Of a DNA stretch of 64,000 nucleotides, positions 29,189 through 38,200 are shown piece after piece. Location of the stretch: assembly GCA_037127795.1 (NCBI GenBank), contig JBAXXQ010000001.1, positions 6,842-70,841 of the forward strand, given 5' to 3'. Under the pieces are notes generated by a model, which had not been told where the DNA came from, made no database searches, and saw nothing but the letters and a program-made list of their open reading frames with translations. Within the stretch, counting starts at the first letter, position 1; each line of letters starts with the position of its first letter. The position numbers were made by a program, and so were the translations under genes. Origin of the DNA: a bacterium. GTDB lineage: Bacteria; Patescibacteriota; Minisyncoccia; Phycocordibacterales; UBA9973.

Positions 29189-31126
29189 TTAGAGATAGAC
29201 TACTGTACCAAATCCAGCTTCACCAGCACGAGTTTCTCGATAACAAAGTTCTTCTGGAATATCGAGCAAAAATTCACTAGGCAATCGTACATCGCGCATA
29301 CCAAAAATAGTGCGCATTGATGCATAGGTGATAAAAAGTTTTTTGCGTGCACGAGTCACAGCAACATACATGAGTCGTCGTTCTTCTTCTGCGTCTGCAC
29401 CTTGCTTGGTATCACGTTCATGAGGGAACAGTCCTTGTTCAAGTCCTGCGACAAATACTATATCAAACTCGAGACCTTTTGCTGCGTGTATCGTCATCAA
29501 TTTTACTGCATGTGTTTGCTCTGTTTTATTTGCAGTATCCAAACTATCTTGATCAGATGCGAGTGTTGCATCTTCCAATAATTTTTCCAACGCTTCATTC
29601 GTTTCCAAATGTTCATATCGCAATGCAATCGTCACAAGCTCTTGTAAATTTTCTAAACGCTCAGTACCTTCGATACCCTCTGTTTTATACATCGCCTCGA
29701 TACCACTTTTTTGTATTGCAAATTTTACTACTTCAGAAATACTATGTTCATGTGCATACTGTTCTATCGCATCAAGTACTTCAAAATATTTTTCTACAGA
29801 GATGCGCGCTTTACCAGTGAGACTCTCGACTCCTTCAGCAAATAATTTTGCAAGTGTCACTTTTCCAATTCCTCGTGCAGGAATATTTATACTTCGTGCA
29901 ACATCATACAAACTATCTCTGTTGTACACCGCGCGCAAATATGAAAGTACTTCTTTAATTTCTTTTCTTTCAAAAAATCGAATACCCAAAAGTTGATACG
30001 AAACATTGTATGAAAGAAATGCTTCTTCAAGTGCGCGTGATTGGAAGTTGGTTCTAAACAACACTGCAATGTCGCTCGACTTTGTTCCACCATCTACAAG
30101 TTCTACGATTCGCTCTGCAATAAAATTTGCTTCGTCAGTTTCATCATATGCTGTGTAGAGAGAAATTTTTTCTCCGTCTATGTTGTTGGTAAAAAGTGCC
30201 TTAGGTTGACGGTAAGTATTTTTTTGAATAATTTCATTTGCTGCAGCGATGACTGTTTTTGTCGATCGATAATTTTCTTCAAGCAAAATTGTTGCCGCAT
30301 CTTTGTAGTCTCTTTCGAACTCCAAAATATTTTTTATGTTTGCACCACGCCACGAATAAATAGACTGATCAGAGTCTCCCACAACACAAATATTTTTTCT
30401 TTCGCCAGCGAGAATACGCGCCATGTGGTACTGCACTTCGTTCGTATCTTGATACTCATCGACATGAATATACTGCCAGGTATTTTCGCACCACTGTCGA
30501 ACACTCGCATCTGTTTGCAAAAGTTTCAAACTCTCAAGCAAGAGATCATCGAAGTCGAGCGCTTTTTGTGCGCGCTTTTTTTGTGAAAACAATCGCCACA
30601 CATTTCCCGCAATACGATAACTTGGATTTGATTCACTTTGCAATTGCTCATAGGTGCGTGATGCATTTGCTGCAGTACTGATCACATTACGAATACGACG
30701 AGGGTCGTTTTGTTTTGGATCAAGCCCGAGCTCTTTGAGACACTCCTTCATAAGCGACATAGTGTCGTTATCATCGAGCACAGTGAAACGTTTTATACGA
30801 GTTTCATACACACCAAATTTTCTCAACAAAAAAACTCCGAGCGAGTGAAACGTTGCGACGAATGGCATATCACCCTCAGTATAAAAATCTGGTAGTGAGT
30901 TCAGAAGTGAGTGCACACGTTCGCGCATTTCTTTTGCAGCCTTATTTGTAAAGGTTACCGCAAGAATACTTCCTGGTCTCACCCCCTGTGTAACAAGATA
31001 CCCGATTCTATGTGTAACAGTCTTTGTTTTCCCCGCACCAGCACCAGCAACAATCAAAAGCGGTCCTTCTGTAGTAAGTACCGCTTTCTTTTGCGCATCA
31101 TTTAATCCATTCAATAAGCTATCCAT
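29189..31126 (-). CDS. pcrA: ATP-dependent DNA helicase PcrA/UvrD
   Basis: Contains LNDAQKKAV, the motif I box AGAGAGKTKT and UvrD-wide similarity. The start was reset to the internal MDSLLNGLN. Confidence 0.85.
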   Translation of the reverse strand: MDSLLNGLNDAQKKAVLTTEGPLLIVAGAGAGKTKTVTHRIGYLVTQGVRPGSILAVTFTNKAAKEMRERVHSLLNSLPDFYTEGDMPFVATFHSLGVFLLRKFGVYETRIKRFTVLDDNDTMSLMKECLKELGLDPKQNDPRRIRNVISTAANASRTYEQLQSESNPSYRIAGNVWRLFSQKKRAQKALDFDDLLLESLKLLQTDASVRQWCENTWQYIHVDEYQDTNEVQYHMARILAGERKNICVVGDSDQSIYSWRGANIKNILEFERDYKDAATILLEENYRSTKTVIAAANEIIQKNTYRQPKALFTNNIDGEKISLYTAYDETDEANFIAERIVELVDGGTKSSDIAVLFRTNFQSRALEEAFLSYNVSYQLLGIRFFERKEIKEVLSYLRAVYNRDSLYDVARSINIPARGIGKVTLAKLFAEGVESLTGKARISVEKYFEVLDAIEQYAHEHSISEVVKFAIQKSGIEAMYKTEGIEGTERLENLQELVTIALRYEHLETNEALEKLLEDATLASDQDSLDTANKTEQTHAVKLMTIHAAKGLEFDIVFVAGLEQGLFPHERDTKQGADAEEERRLMYVAVTRARKKLFITYASMRTIFGMRDVRLPSEFLLDIPEELCYRETRAGEAGFGTVVYL

Positions 31127-31200
31127 ACATATAGTATACACTACGACCATTACTATTGACTTTTTTTGTTTTTTATGAGACTATATAAAAAACATTTAGT

Positions 31201-31365
31201 ATGAATTTTATGACATTAGTTGATTTCCCTATTGAACAGGGTACCACTATCCAACAACCATCAAAAGAGGTTGGAATAATATTTATAATTGCGTTTGCAA
31301 CAGCACTCGTATATAGCATATACAGTGTTATAAAAAGCAGATTCAAAAAAAATAATATTGAGTAA
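31201..31365 (+). CDS. Small 54-aa membrane protein not in the ORF track
   Basis: The ORF atgaattttatgaca...gagtaa encodes MNFMTLVDFPIEQGTTIQQPSKEVGIIFIIAFATALVYSIYSVIKSRFKKNNIE with one TM helix. It is followed 13 nt later by a perfect rho-independent terminator. The antisense track ORF 31173-31412 is rejected. Confidence 0.4.
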   Translation: MNFMTLVDFPIEQGTTIQQPSKEVGIIFIIAFATALVYSIYSVIKSRFKKNNIE

Positions 31366-31378
31366 AAAACAAACTCAC

Positions 31379-31416
31379 GCGTCCGCAGAAAAATATTTTT
31401 CTGCGGACGCATTTTC
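31379..31416 (+). terminator. Rho-independent terminator
   Basis: The sequence gcgtccgcagaaaaatatttttctgcggacgc forms a perfect 12-bp stem followed by attttct. Confidence 0.7.
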
Positions 31417-31495
31417 TATTATTTGACTCACACTCAAAAATGTTTTCCAATCAAAAAGACCTCAAAATATCTGGTATGATTATTTTTGCAAACGT

Positions 31496-32593
31496 ATGTT
31501 TACAAAACACACAAATAAATACTTTTCCAAAACAACCGGCACTATACTTTCTTTCGTACTTATATACAGTACGACCGGTATTCTTCTTGCAAAACAAATC
31601 ACCTCTTTCAGACACACAAACACTTCGCAAGTAAAAAACGAGGAGGTGTCTTTGCCACAAGTTGGCCACATCACAAATGAAAATACTATCGAGCCACTCG
31701 CCGCAACAAACGACAAACCAAGTATCAGCACATATACTGTTGTGACTGGTGACACACTCGCAAGTGTTGCAAAAAAATTCGACATCTCAGTCAACACTAT
31801 TTTGTGGGCAAACAATCTCTCTTCAAAATCTGCGCTCAAAGTAGGACAAAAACTTGTCATCCTCCCAGTGACCGGAATTACATATACAGTAAAAAAAGGT
31901 GACACACTCGGTAGTATTGCAAAAAAATTAAAAGCAGATCAATCAGAAATAATTTCTTTCAACGATCTCGGTGATGCAAAGTATATTAAGGTAGGAATGA
32001 AACTTGTGATCCCTGATGTAGAACCACAAATTCCAACAAAGACTCCAGAGAAAAAAGTAACAGAAAAAACACAACCTAAAAAATCAGAACCGAAAAAAAA
32101 TGAGACTCCGAGTGTTACTACTCAACAAGCAACAACTCCTTCACAAACTACTACTCCAACACAAGAGCTCGATGCACCCGCAGCACCAGCACCAAGCACT
32201 ACCCCACTCAAATCAACAACAGATTATTTTATTATGCCGATCCCTGGAAGCCACATCTCACAAGGACTTCACGGGTACAACTCTGTAGACTTTGGTGCAC
32301 CAACAGGAACACCTGTACTCGCAGCTGCAGATGGTATTGTGATCGTTGCAAAAAACGATAATGGCTTTGGTGGCGGCTATGGTAACTACATCGTAATCTC
32401 TCACCCCAATGGTACACAGACTCTCTACGCCCATCTTTCAAAAGTAGAAGTTGGTGTTGAAGATACTGTAAAGCAAGGTGCTGAAATTGGTAAGTGTGGG
32501 AGAACAGGGCGCGCTACTGGTCCTCACCTTCACTTCGAAGTTCGTGGTGGAGTGAACCCTTGGGTTGGTATGAAAGTCGGCACTAGTTTTTAA
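31496..32593 (+). CDS. LysM-domain M23-family metallopeptidase, a peptidoglycan hydrolase
   Basis: Two LysM repeats (YTVVTGDTLASVAKKF...; YTVKKGDTLGSIAKKL...), a Thr/Pro linker, and the M23 motifs HGYNSVDFGAP and GPHLHFEV. Confidence 0.85.
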   Translation: MFTKHTNKYFSKTTGTILSFVLIYSTTGILLAKQITSFRHTNTSQVKNEEVSLPQVGHITNENTIEPLAATNDKPSISTYTVVTGDTLASVAKKFDISVNTILWANNLSSKSALKVGQKLVILPVTGITYTVKKGDTLGSIAKKLKADQSEIISFNDLGDAKYIKVGMKLVIPDVEPQIPTKTPEKKVTEKTQPKKSEPKKNETPSVTTQQATTPSQTTTPTQELDAPAAPAPSTTPLKSTTDYFIMPIPGSHISQGLHGYNSVDFGAPTGTPVLAAADGIVIVAKNDNGFGGGYGNYIVISHPNGTQTLYAHLSKVEVGVEDTVKQGAEIGKCGRTGRATGPHLHFEVRGGVNPWVGMKVGTSF

Positions 32594-32644
32594 AAAAAAT
32601 ACGAAACAAAAAAAAAGAACCCGGAAGGGTTCTTGGTGTTTTAC

Positions 32645-33181
32645 TTAGTAGGTATCTACAATATACTCAACATCATCTAGTGTCTCAATATCGCCATACT
32701 CACTAGCATGCTCAGAAACTTTTTTGTTGATAGTTTCAGCAATCGTGATATCGTGATTGATACTCCTTACCATGTCGGCCACAGAAATCTCAAACACCTC
32801 TCTTTTGCCAGTGAATCTTTCAAAAAAGTCATCATGCTTGGTAAGCACTGTATCCCACCCTACTTGCACCATACCAGTACTTTTGATGATATATTCCATC
32901 CAAAAATAATGGTGCTTGGTACTAATAAGTGTGATGTACAAATACGCGAGATTCCCTTCTTCAGAATATTCTGTATTCCTATCTTCAAGCGCAACATCCA
33001 TAAGATCTGTATCTATAGCGAGATCGTTAGGAAAATCTTTTTCATCACGCCATTGTTTCAGATTACACAAACGATCTTTTACCACAGAAGACACTTTTAG
33101 ATACAGCGGAATTTTTTCATAATCCAAACCACAGAGTATACTAAGCAAAATTTCATTGTTTACAGTACTAGTACTATTCAT
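32645..33181 (-). CDS. Hypothetical protein
   Basis: A 178-aa ORF with no motif recognised. Confidence 0.4.
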   Translation of the reverse strand: MNSTSTVNNEILLSILCGLDYEKIPLYLKVSSVVKDRLCNLKQWRDEKDFPNDLAIDTDLMDVALEDRNTEYSEEGNLAYLYITLISTKHHYFWMEYIIKSTGMVQVGWDTVLTKHDDFFERFTGKREVFEISVADMVRSINHDITIAETINKKVSEHASEYGDIETLDDVEYIVDTY

Positions 33182-33216
33182 ATTTTATTTTTTTAAGAAT
33201 GAACAAATTTATTTTC

Positions 33217-33293
33217 ACTATCAACACACCATCAATTGATGAGCTGAACAATGAGGACACTTTTATACTTTTAAAGGCGTGTCCGTTTTCCTT
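33217..33293 (+). repeat. Copy 1 (A1) of a duplicated structured intergenic element
   Basis: The core cactatcaacacaccatcaattgatgagctgaacaatgaggac is followed by the hairpin ggacac...gtgtcc and a T-rich tail. A second copy lies at 33970-34048 with compensatory stem changes. Confidence 0.7.
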
Positions 33294-33442
33294 GAAGGTC
33301 TTAGCTTCTTGTATATGGTAGTAGTAATTATTTTATTAGGCACTACCTGATACCTAAATCACTTTTTCCATCCGAAGATGTACTTTCTGTTGCCAACCGG
33401 ATCTTCTATAGAAATAGAAGATGTGGTGATACCGGTCCGTTT

Positions 33443-33835
33443 CTACTCGTCTTCATCTTCACGCATAATATATGTAACATACTCATCAGCATGATAAAAA
33501 TAAATGAAGTGCTCATCCTCATACTTATAGAGCCACTCTTCTCCATCAATAAGAAAAAGTGGTTGTATGGCGTCGATTCTAAACCAATCAGTATTCTCAA
33601 CCTTCAAAATAATGGTTGCTCCAATACCTCTTCGTTGAATAGATCGATTAACCATCTCCGCAGTTATAGGAATTTGCCCAAGTCCTTTATATTCAAAACT
33701 TTCAAGAAAGTATAGATTTAAGCCGTACGTATCATCTACACTATCAGACTCTGAATATATAAAACATCGGCGACTAGATACTTCAAGATTTATACAGTCT
33801 TGCACTGCTTTACGGATTGTTTTAAATTGATCCAT
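33443..33835 (-). CDS. Acidic hypothetical protein bracketed by the A1 and A2 repeats
   Basis: A 130-aa ORF with an acidic C-terminus (EDEDE) and no motif. Confidence 0.4.
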   Translation of the reverse strand: MDQFKTIRKAVQDCINLEVSSRRCFIYSESDSVDDTYGLNLYFLESFEYKGLGQIPITAEMVNRSIQRRGIGATIILKVENTDWFRIDAIQPLFLIDGEEWLYKYEDEHFIYFYHADEYVTYIMREDEDE

Positions 33836-33969
33836 AAAAATTTCCCAGACAGCTGAATGCTGTTTTCCGTTCCTTGAAACGGGGTTTTATTAACTGGGTA
33901 ACGAGTTTCTTAAACTCTTTTTCGTTTTTAAAAGAACACTTATAGTGACTCACACTCAAGGATGTTTTT

Positions 33970-34048
33970 CACTATCAACACACCATCAATTGATGAGCTG
34001 AATAATGAGGACGATTTTACTACATAGGCTCGTCCATTTTCCTTTTTT
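33970..34048 (+). repeat. Copy 2 (A2) of the duplicated structured intergenic element
   Basis: The sequence cactatcaacacaccatcaattgatgagctgaataatgaggac is followed by the hairpin ggacga...tcgtcc and attttcctttttt. The stem differs from A1 by paired compensatory changes. Confidence 0.7.
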
Positions 34049-34214
34049 AATTTGAACTCTTATTTTTGTTATGAAAGATAAAAAATATATCAATCAGGTA
34101 ACACATAACCAAAACCCCTAATGTGAGAACTATAATAATCCCCACAGGATTACCTATTACTGCTTGAGTAATAAAAGTTAAGATAGCAAAAATAATGTTT
34201 CTTCTGTGTTTCAT
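34047..34214 (-). CDS. Small membrane protein, divergent partner of a TrmB gene
   Basis: About 55 aa from the ATG (MKHRRNIIFAILTFITQAVIG...) with two hydrophobic segments. The track ORF used an upstream TTG. Confidence 0.3.
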   Translation of the reverse strand: MKHRRNIIFAILTFITQAVIGNPVGIIIVLTLGVLVMCYLIDIFFIFHNKNKSSN

Positions 34215-34228
34215 TTTTTTAATTTTAG

Positions 34229-34261
34229 TGAACAAATGTTTTATCTGAGTACATCATAGCA
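34229..34261. repeat. Copy 1 (B1) of a conserved 33-nt intergenic element between a divergent small ORF and a TrmB gene
   Basis: The sequence tgaacaaatgttttatctgagtacatcatagca is identical 33 out of 33 to 35676-35708. Confidence 0.7.
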
Positions 34262-34372
34262 CCTTGTTTGATTTATGTCAAGTACATAGTCAATATATTT
34301 AGCACTATTTATCAACTTTAATATTATAAAATAAGGTTTATTTTATAAAAAAGAATATTTGTGTCAAAATTA

Positions 34373-34401
34373 TTGACATTTTATACCCTATTTTATATAC
34401 T
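34373..34401 (+). promoter_or_regulatory. Sigma-70-type promoter of the TrmB paralog. The predicted transcription start is at or next to the ATG, so the mRNA is leaderless.
   Basis: TTGACA, a 17-nt spacer, then TATACT ending 6 nt before the ATG at 34408. Confidence 0.55.
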
Positions 34402-34407
34402 TATTTT

Positions 34408-35160
34408 ATGGAAGACCAAATACAAGCACTTATTAAGATAGGACTTACAGACAAACAAGCTGTTGTCTACACCGCACTTCTTGAGCTTGGTGAAGCAAAA
34501 ATGACTCATATTGCCCGCCACGCAAAACTCAAACGTCCTACCGTATACCTTGTCATAGAAGAACTTATAGAGCTTGGACTAGTATCTCTCATAGAAAAAG
34601 GTAACAAGAAGATATATTCTTCAGTACACCCCAATCGTATTGCTGAGCTACTAGAATCACGCAAACAACAATACCAAGAGCTACTCCCCGACCTTCTCGC
34701 TCGATACGGATCTATCCGTGGTAAACCAAAAGTACAAATGCTCGAAGGTATACAAGGTATCAAGCAAGCATACCAAGAAGCCTACACACTACTTCTCGAA
34801 AATGAGAATGAGGGTTTGTGGTTTGGCAATATTTCTTTTCTCCTAAAGCACTTTCCCCAAGTAATTAAAGAATATAATATAGTATTAAACTCTTTAAAAA
34901 AATATAAGATTCGTGAAATAATTATAGGGGGTATAGAGAGTAAGCAGTGGGTAGAAAAAATGCAATCAAATCAAAAACCTAATCATCAAATAAAATATCT
35001 TGATGATAGTGAGCAATGCGGGATTACCGACCAATTCATAATAGGTAATAAAATTATACTTTTTTCTATGAATAAGGAATTGTTCACCCTTATAATAGAG
35101 AGCGAAGAGATTGTAAAAACTCAACGCTTTTTGTTTGAACAAATCTGGAAAAACAATTAA
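34408..35160 (+). CDS. TrmB-family transcriptional regulator, paralog 1
   Basis: 250 aa with an N-terminal winged HTH (LTDKQAVVYTALLELGEAKMTHIARHAKLKRPTVYLVIEELIELGLV) plus a C-terminal domain of TrmB length. Confidence 0.65.
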   Translation: MEDQIQALIKIGLTDKQAVVYTALLELGEAKMTHIARHAKLKRPTVYLVIEELIELGLVSLIEKGNKKIYSSVHPNRIAELLESRKQQYQELLPDLLARYGSIRGKPKVQMLEGIQGIKQAYQEAYTLLLENENEGLWFGNISFLLKHFPQVIKEYNIVLNSLKKYKIREIIIGGIESKQWVEKMQSNQKPNHQIKYLDDSEQCGITDQFIIGNKIILFSMNKELFTLIIESEEIVKTQRFLFEQIWKNN

Positions 35161-35292
35161 TATTTATATTTTAAATGAACATTTTCTGTTTCGCTCTTTT
35201 GAGCTCATCAGTCGAAATAATACATCTCGAGACAGAACGGAGCTTTTTCAAACTCCGTAGTTTGTGAACGATTTTATCTTTAGGATCATTCT

Positions 35293-35652
35293 TTACCCTC
35301 TTGAGTTTCTTAAAAAGGATAATATGTTTTCACCCTCAATGCTTGTACATTTTGAATTTATATATCTTTCACGTATATAACCTTCAGTATGTTTTGTGAT
35401 AGAAAAACCCGTAAGCTTTGAAATTGCTTTGAGACGACCCAAGTCGCACATACACCCACAATCACCTAAATTTTTTGTTTTCCTTGTAACAAATTCTTTA
35501 CATACCAATTGAAAATCTTTTTTATTTTTAACCATTAGGTATAAGGCTTTCTTAGATGGAGAACCTGTATCTCCCTTATCCTGAAAACCGATTTCGAGTA
35601 ATGAAAGATTGTCTGTTGCAACAAAAAACAAATTTAATAAATTTTTTTTCAT
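35293..35652 (-). CDS. Hypothetical Cys-containing protein, divergent partner of a TrmB gene
   Basis: A 119-aa ORF with a DCGCMCD cluster and no family recognised. Confidence 0.4.
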   Translation of the reverse strand: MKKNLLNLFFVATDNLSLLEIGFQDKGDTGSPSKKALYLMVKNKKDFQLVCKEFVTRKTKNLGDCGCMCDLGRLKAISKLTGFSITKHTEGYIRERYINSKCTSIEGENILSFLRNSRG

Positions 35653-35675
35653 ATGTGTAAGTTTTTTAATTTAAA

Positions 35676-35708
35676 TGAACAAATGTTTTATCTGAGTACA
35701 TCATAGCA
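35676..35708. repeat. Copy 2 (B2) of the conserved 33-nt intergenic element
   Basis: Identical to 34229-34261 and in the same position relative to the divergent gene pair. Confidence 0.7.
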
Positions 35709-35792
35709 GTTTTGTAAAGGTTTGTCAATATAACATCAAATAAATATTTGTAAATATATAAAAATATATTATAAAATATAGATAAAAAAGTG

Positions 35793-35821
35793 TTGACCAT
35801 ACTCCAACAACATGATATATT
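35793..35821 (+). promoter_or_regulatory. Sigma-70-type promoter of TrmB paralog 2. The mRNA is leaderless.
   Basis: TTGACC, a 17-nt spacer, then TATATT. The ATG at 35830 lies 8 nt downstream of the -10 element. Confidence 0.5.
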
Positions 35822-35829
35822 TATTATAT

Positions 35830-36597
35830 ATGATTGAACAATCGCTGCAAAAATTAGGGTTTTCTGAGAAAGAAATAGCTATATATCTATGTGTTCTAGA
35901 GCACGGCAAACTATCTGCGGCTATAGTAGCTCGTATCACAAAAATCAATAGAACAACTGTCTATAGTGTGACAAAAGAGCTTATTTCTAAAGGGTTTATT
36001 ATAGAAGATATAGGAGGGGTAAATCGCTACTATACCGCACTACAACCAAACGACATACCTGGATTATATAAAAAAGAAGAGCAATTACTCCAAGAAAAGA
36101 AAAAGATAGTAGATCAGGTAATACAAGAACTTGCCTCTATTCCAAAATCAAAAAGTTATTCAGTTCCCAAGATTCGCTTTATCGATGAATACCACTTAAA
36201 CGATTTCCTTCATACACAACTCCCTGTCTGGATAGAAAGTGCAAAATCTACAGACAAAAACTGGTGGGGCTTTCAAGATGTTTCTTTTATAGATACCTAT
36301 CCAGACTGGTACAAATACCATTGGGAGATTTTTCCCAAAGAATACGGCACAAGACTATTTACCAACCAAAAACCTTCTGAGGAAAAATTTGCAAAACATG
36401 TCTCTGACACAGAGCGTCGACAGATTAAGTATTGGTCAAAATCAAAAGACTTTACTGCAACACACGCCGTTCTTGGCGACTATGTATTGTTTTCTATCAC
36501 AAACCAAAGACCTCATTATGCCGTAGAAATACACGACGCTGTCATGGCGGAAAATATCCGAGAGATATTTAGGGGGTTATGGGAGGAAGTTAATTAA
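35830..36597 (+). CDS. TrmB-family transcriptional regulator, paralog 2
   Basis: Starts MIEQSLQKLGFSEKEIAIYLCVLEHGKLSAAIVARITKINRTTVYSVTKELISKGFI and is closely similar to 45861-46619 in the shared KINRTTVYSV, YSVPKIRFI, WWGFQD and EIHDAV motifs. The start was reset from the track ORF start at 35812. Confidence 0.7.
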   Translation: MIEQSLQKLGFSEKEIAIYLCVLEHGKLSAAIVARITKINRTTVYSVTKELISKGFIIEDIGGVNRYYTALQPNDIPGLYKKEEQLLQEKKKIVDQVIQELASIPKSKSYSVPKIRFIDEYHLNDFLHTQLPVWIESAKSTDKNWWGFQDVSFIDTYPDWYKYHWEIFPKEYGTRLFTNQKPSEEKFAKHVSDTERRQIKYWSKSKDFTATHAVLGDYVLFSITNQRPHYAVEIHDAVMAENIREIFRGLWEEVN

Positions 36598-38114
36598 TAC
36601 TCAATCTTTGGTCTATATTGCAATGCTTCGAGAATGTGACTTGTTTCTATAGTTGGAGATTTTTCGAGGTCGGCGATAGTGCGAGCGACTTTGATAGTAC
36701 GCATATATGCGCGCGGAGAGAGTTTCAATTTTGTCGCATAGTTTTGCAATTGTGTTTTTGCGTTTTGTGAAAGCTGCGACTTTTCTTGTACTTCCCGGCT
36801 CGAGAGGACGCTGTTTAATTTTCCTCGACTACTGTTTTGTATATCTTGTGTACGACATACCAATTCGCGCAATATAGGACTTTCTTTTGTTTCTACTTTT
36901 GTATGCAAATCTTCATATTCAACATGAGTCACTGGTACCCACAGATCGATACGGTCTATTATAGGACCTGAGAGTTTTTTACTATATCGCGCGAGCTCAT
37001 TTGCACTACACGTGCACTGCTTGATACTACTTCCTCTATATCCACACGGACATGGATTCATCGCGGCGAGTAATATGAAACGCGCTGGATATCGGATACT
37101 TCCTTTTGCACGAGCGACAGTGATAGATCCATCTTCGAGTGGTTCACGAAGCGCTTCTATCACTCGACGATCAAACTCTGGGAATTCATCCATATACAGT
37201 ACACCACGATGCGCCATAGTAATATCCCCTGGGCGAAGATTGGTCCCACCACCAATTATCGCAACATGACTTGCACTATGATGTGGCGCGCGAAACGGAC
37301 TCGCTCCGTGTAACACATCATCGATAAGTCCCACACTCGAATAAATAGTTGCAACCTCCAAAAAATGTTCTTCAGATAATTTGGGTAAAATAGAGTGAAA
37401 GCTTTTTGCAAGCATAGTCTTCCCTGTCCCTGGTGGTCCATAGAGTACTATGTTGTGCCCGCCAGCAGCCGCGATAGTAAGTGCACGTTTTGCATTCATC
37501 TGCCCACGAATATCTGCAAAATCTGTACCAGACTCTATTTCAAAAATACTTCTCGTGCGAGGTTTTTCTCTATCGACTATATTCACAGCACTTTCTTCAC
37601 CTTGTAAAAAATGCACCACATCTGCAAGGGTGGGTACGAGGTAACACTCGACACCGCTGACAAGCAAAGCTTCTTGTTCATTTCCTATTGGCATAAATAC
37701 TTTTTGTATACCCATCTTTTTTGCAAATTGTAAAATGGAAAGCATACCGCGTACCACTCGGACATCGCCATTAAGTCCAAGCTCTCCAACAAAAAGCATA
37801 CTACTCATATCGAGCGTGAGTACTTCTGTCGCAGCGAGATACCCTATCGCTATCGCCATATCAAAATACGCACCTTCTTTTTTGAGTTCTGCAGGCGAGA
37901 GCGACACTATCACTTTATGATTTTCTGCTTTTGGATTTTTGCCAAGAGAATTTCGTAACGCACTTATTACTCGCTCGCGCGCTTCTTCTACTGCTTTATC
38001 AGGAAGTCCTACAATTTGAAAAAGATATAACCCTCGAGAAATATCGGTCTCCACCACTACACTGGTTGCACCAAGTCCATGCATTTGCGCACTCTGTACT
38101 CGTGAAAACGCCAT
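36594..38114 (-). CDS. comM: YifB/ComM-family Mg-chelatase-like AAA+ ATPase
   Basis: 506 aa with the Lon-like N-terminal domain, Walker A YGPPGTGKTMLAKS and a C-terminal ChlI-like domain. Confidence 0.9.
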   Translation of the reverse strand: MAFSRVQSAQMHGLGATSVVVETDISRGLYLFQIVGLPDKAVEEARERVISALRNSLGKNPKAENHKVIVSLSPAELKKEGAYFDMAIAIGYLAATEVLTLDMSSMLFVGELGLNGDVRVVRGMLSILQFAKKMGIQKVFMPIGNEQEALLVSGVECYLVPTLADVVHFLQGEESAVNIVDREKPRTRSIFEIESGTDFADIRGQMNAKRALTIAAAGGHNIVLYGPPGTGKTMLAKSFHSILPKLSEEHFLEVATIYSSVGLIDDVLHGASPFRAPHHSASHVAIIGGGTNLRPGDITMAHRGVLYMDEFPEFDRRVIEALREPLEDGSITVARAKGSIRYPARFILLAAMNPCPCGYRGSSIKQCTCSANELARYSKKLSGPIIDRIDLWVPVTHVEYEDLHTKVETKESPILRELVCRTQDIQNSSRGKLNSVLSSREVQEKSQLSQNAKTQLQNYATKLKLSPRAYMRTIKVARTIADLEKSPTIETSHILEALQYRPKIEY

Positions 38115-38165
38115 ATATATTTTTTAGTATATCACTTCAAAAATTTTTTACTTGTGTATAAATTA

Positions 38166-38195
38166 AAAACACCTCACTTTCATGAGGTATTTTTA
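38166..38195. terminator. Hairpin terminator downstream of the dksA-like gene
   Basis: The sequence aaaaacacctcactttcatgaggtattttt has a 6-bp stem flanked by an A-run and a T-run. Confidence 0.5.
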
Positions 38196-38200
38196 ATAAA

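Noticed and set aside
31173-31412. 79-aa minus-strand track ORF
   Set aside because: A plus-strand 54-aa ORF with a perfect downstream terminator explains the locus better. The minus-strand ORF runs through that terminator hairpin.
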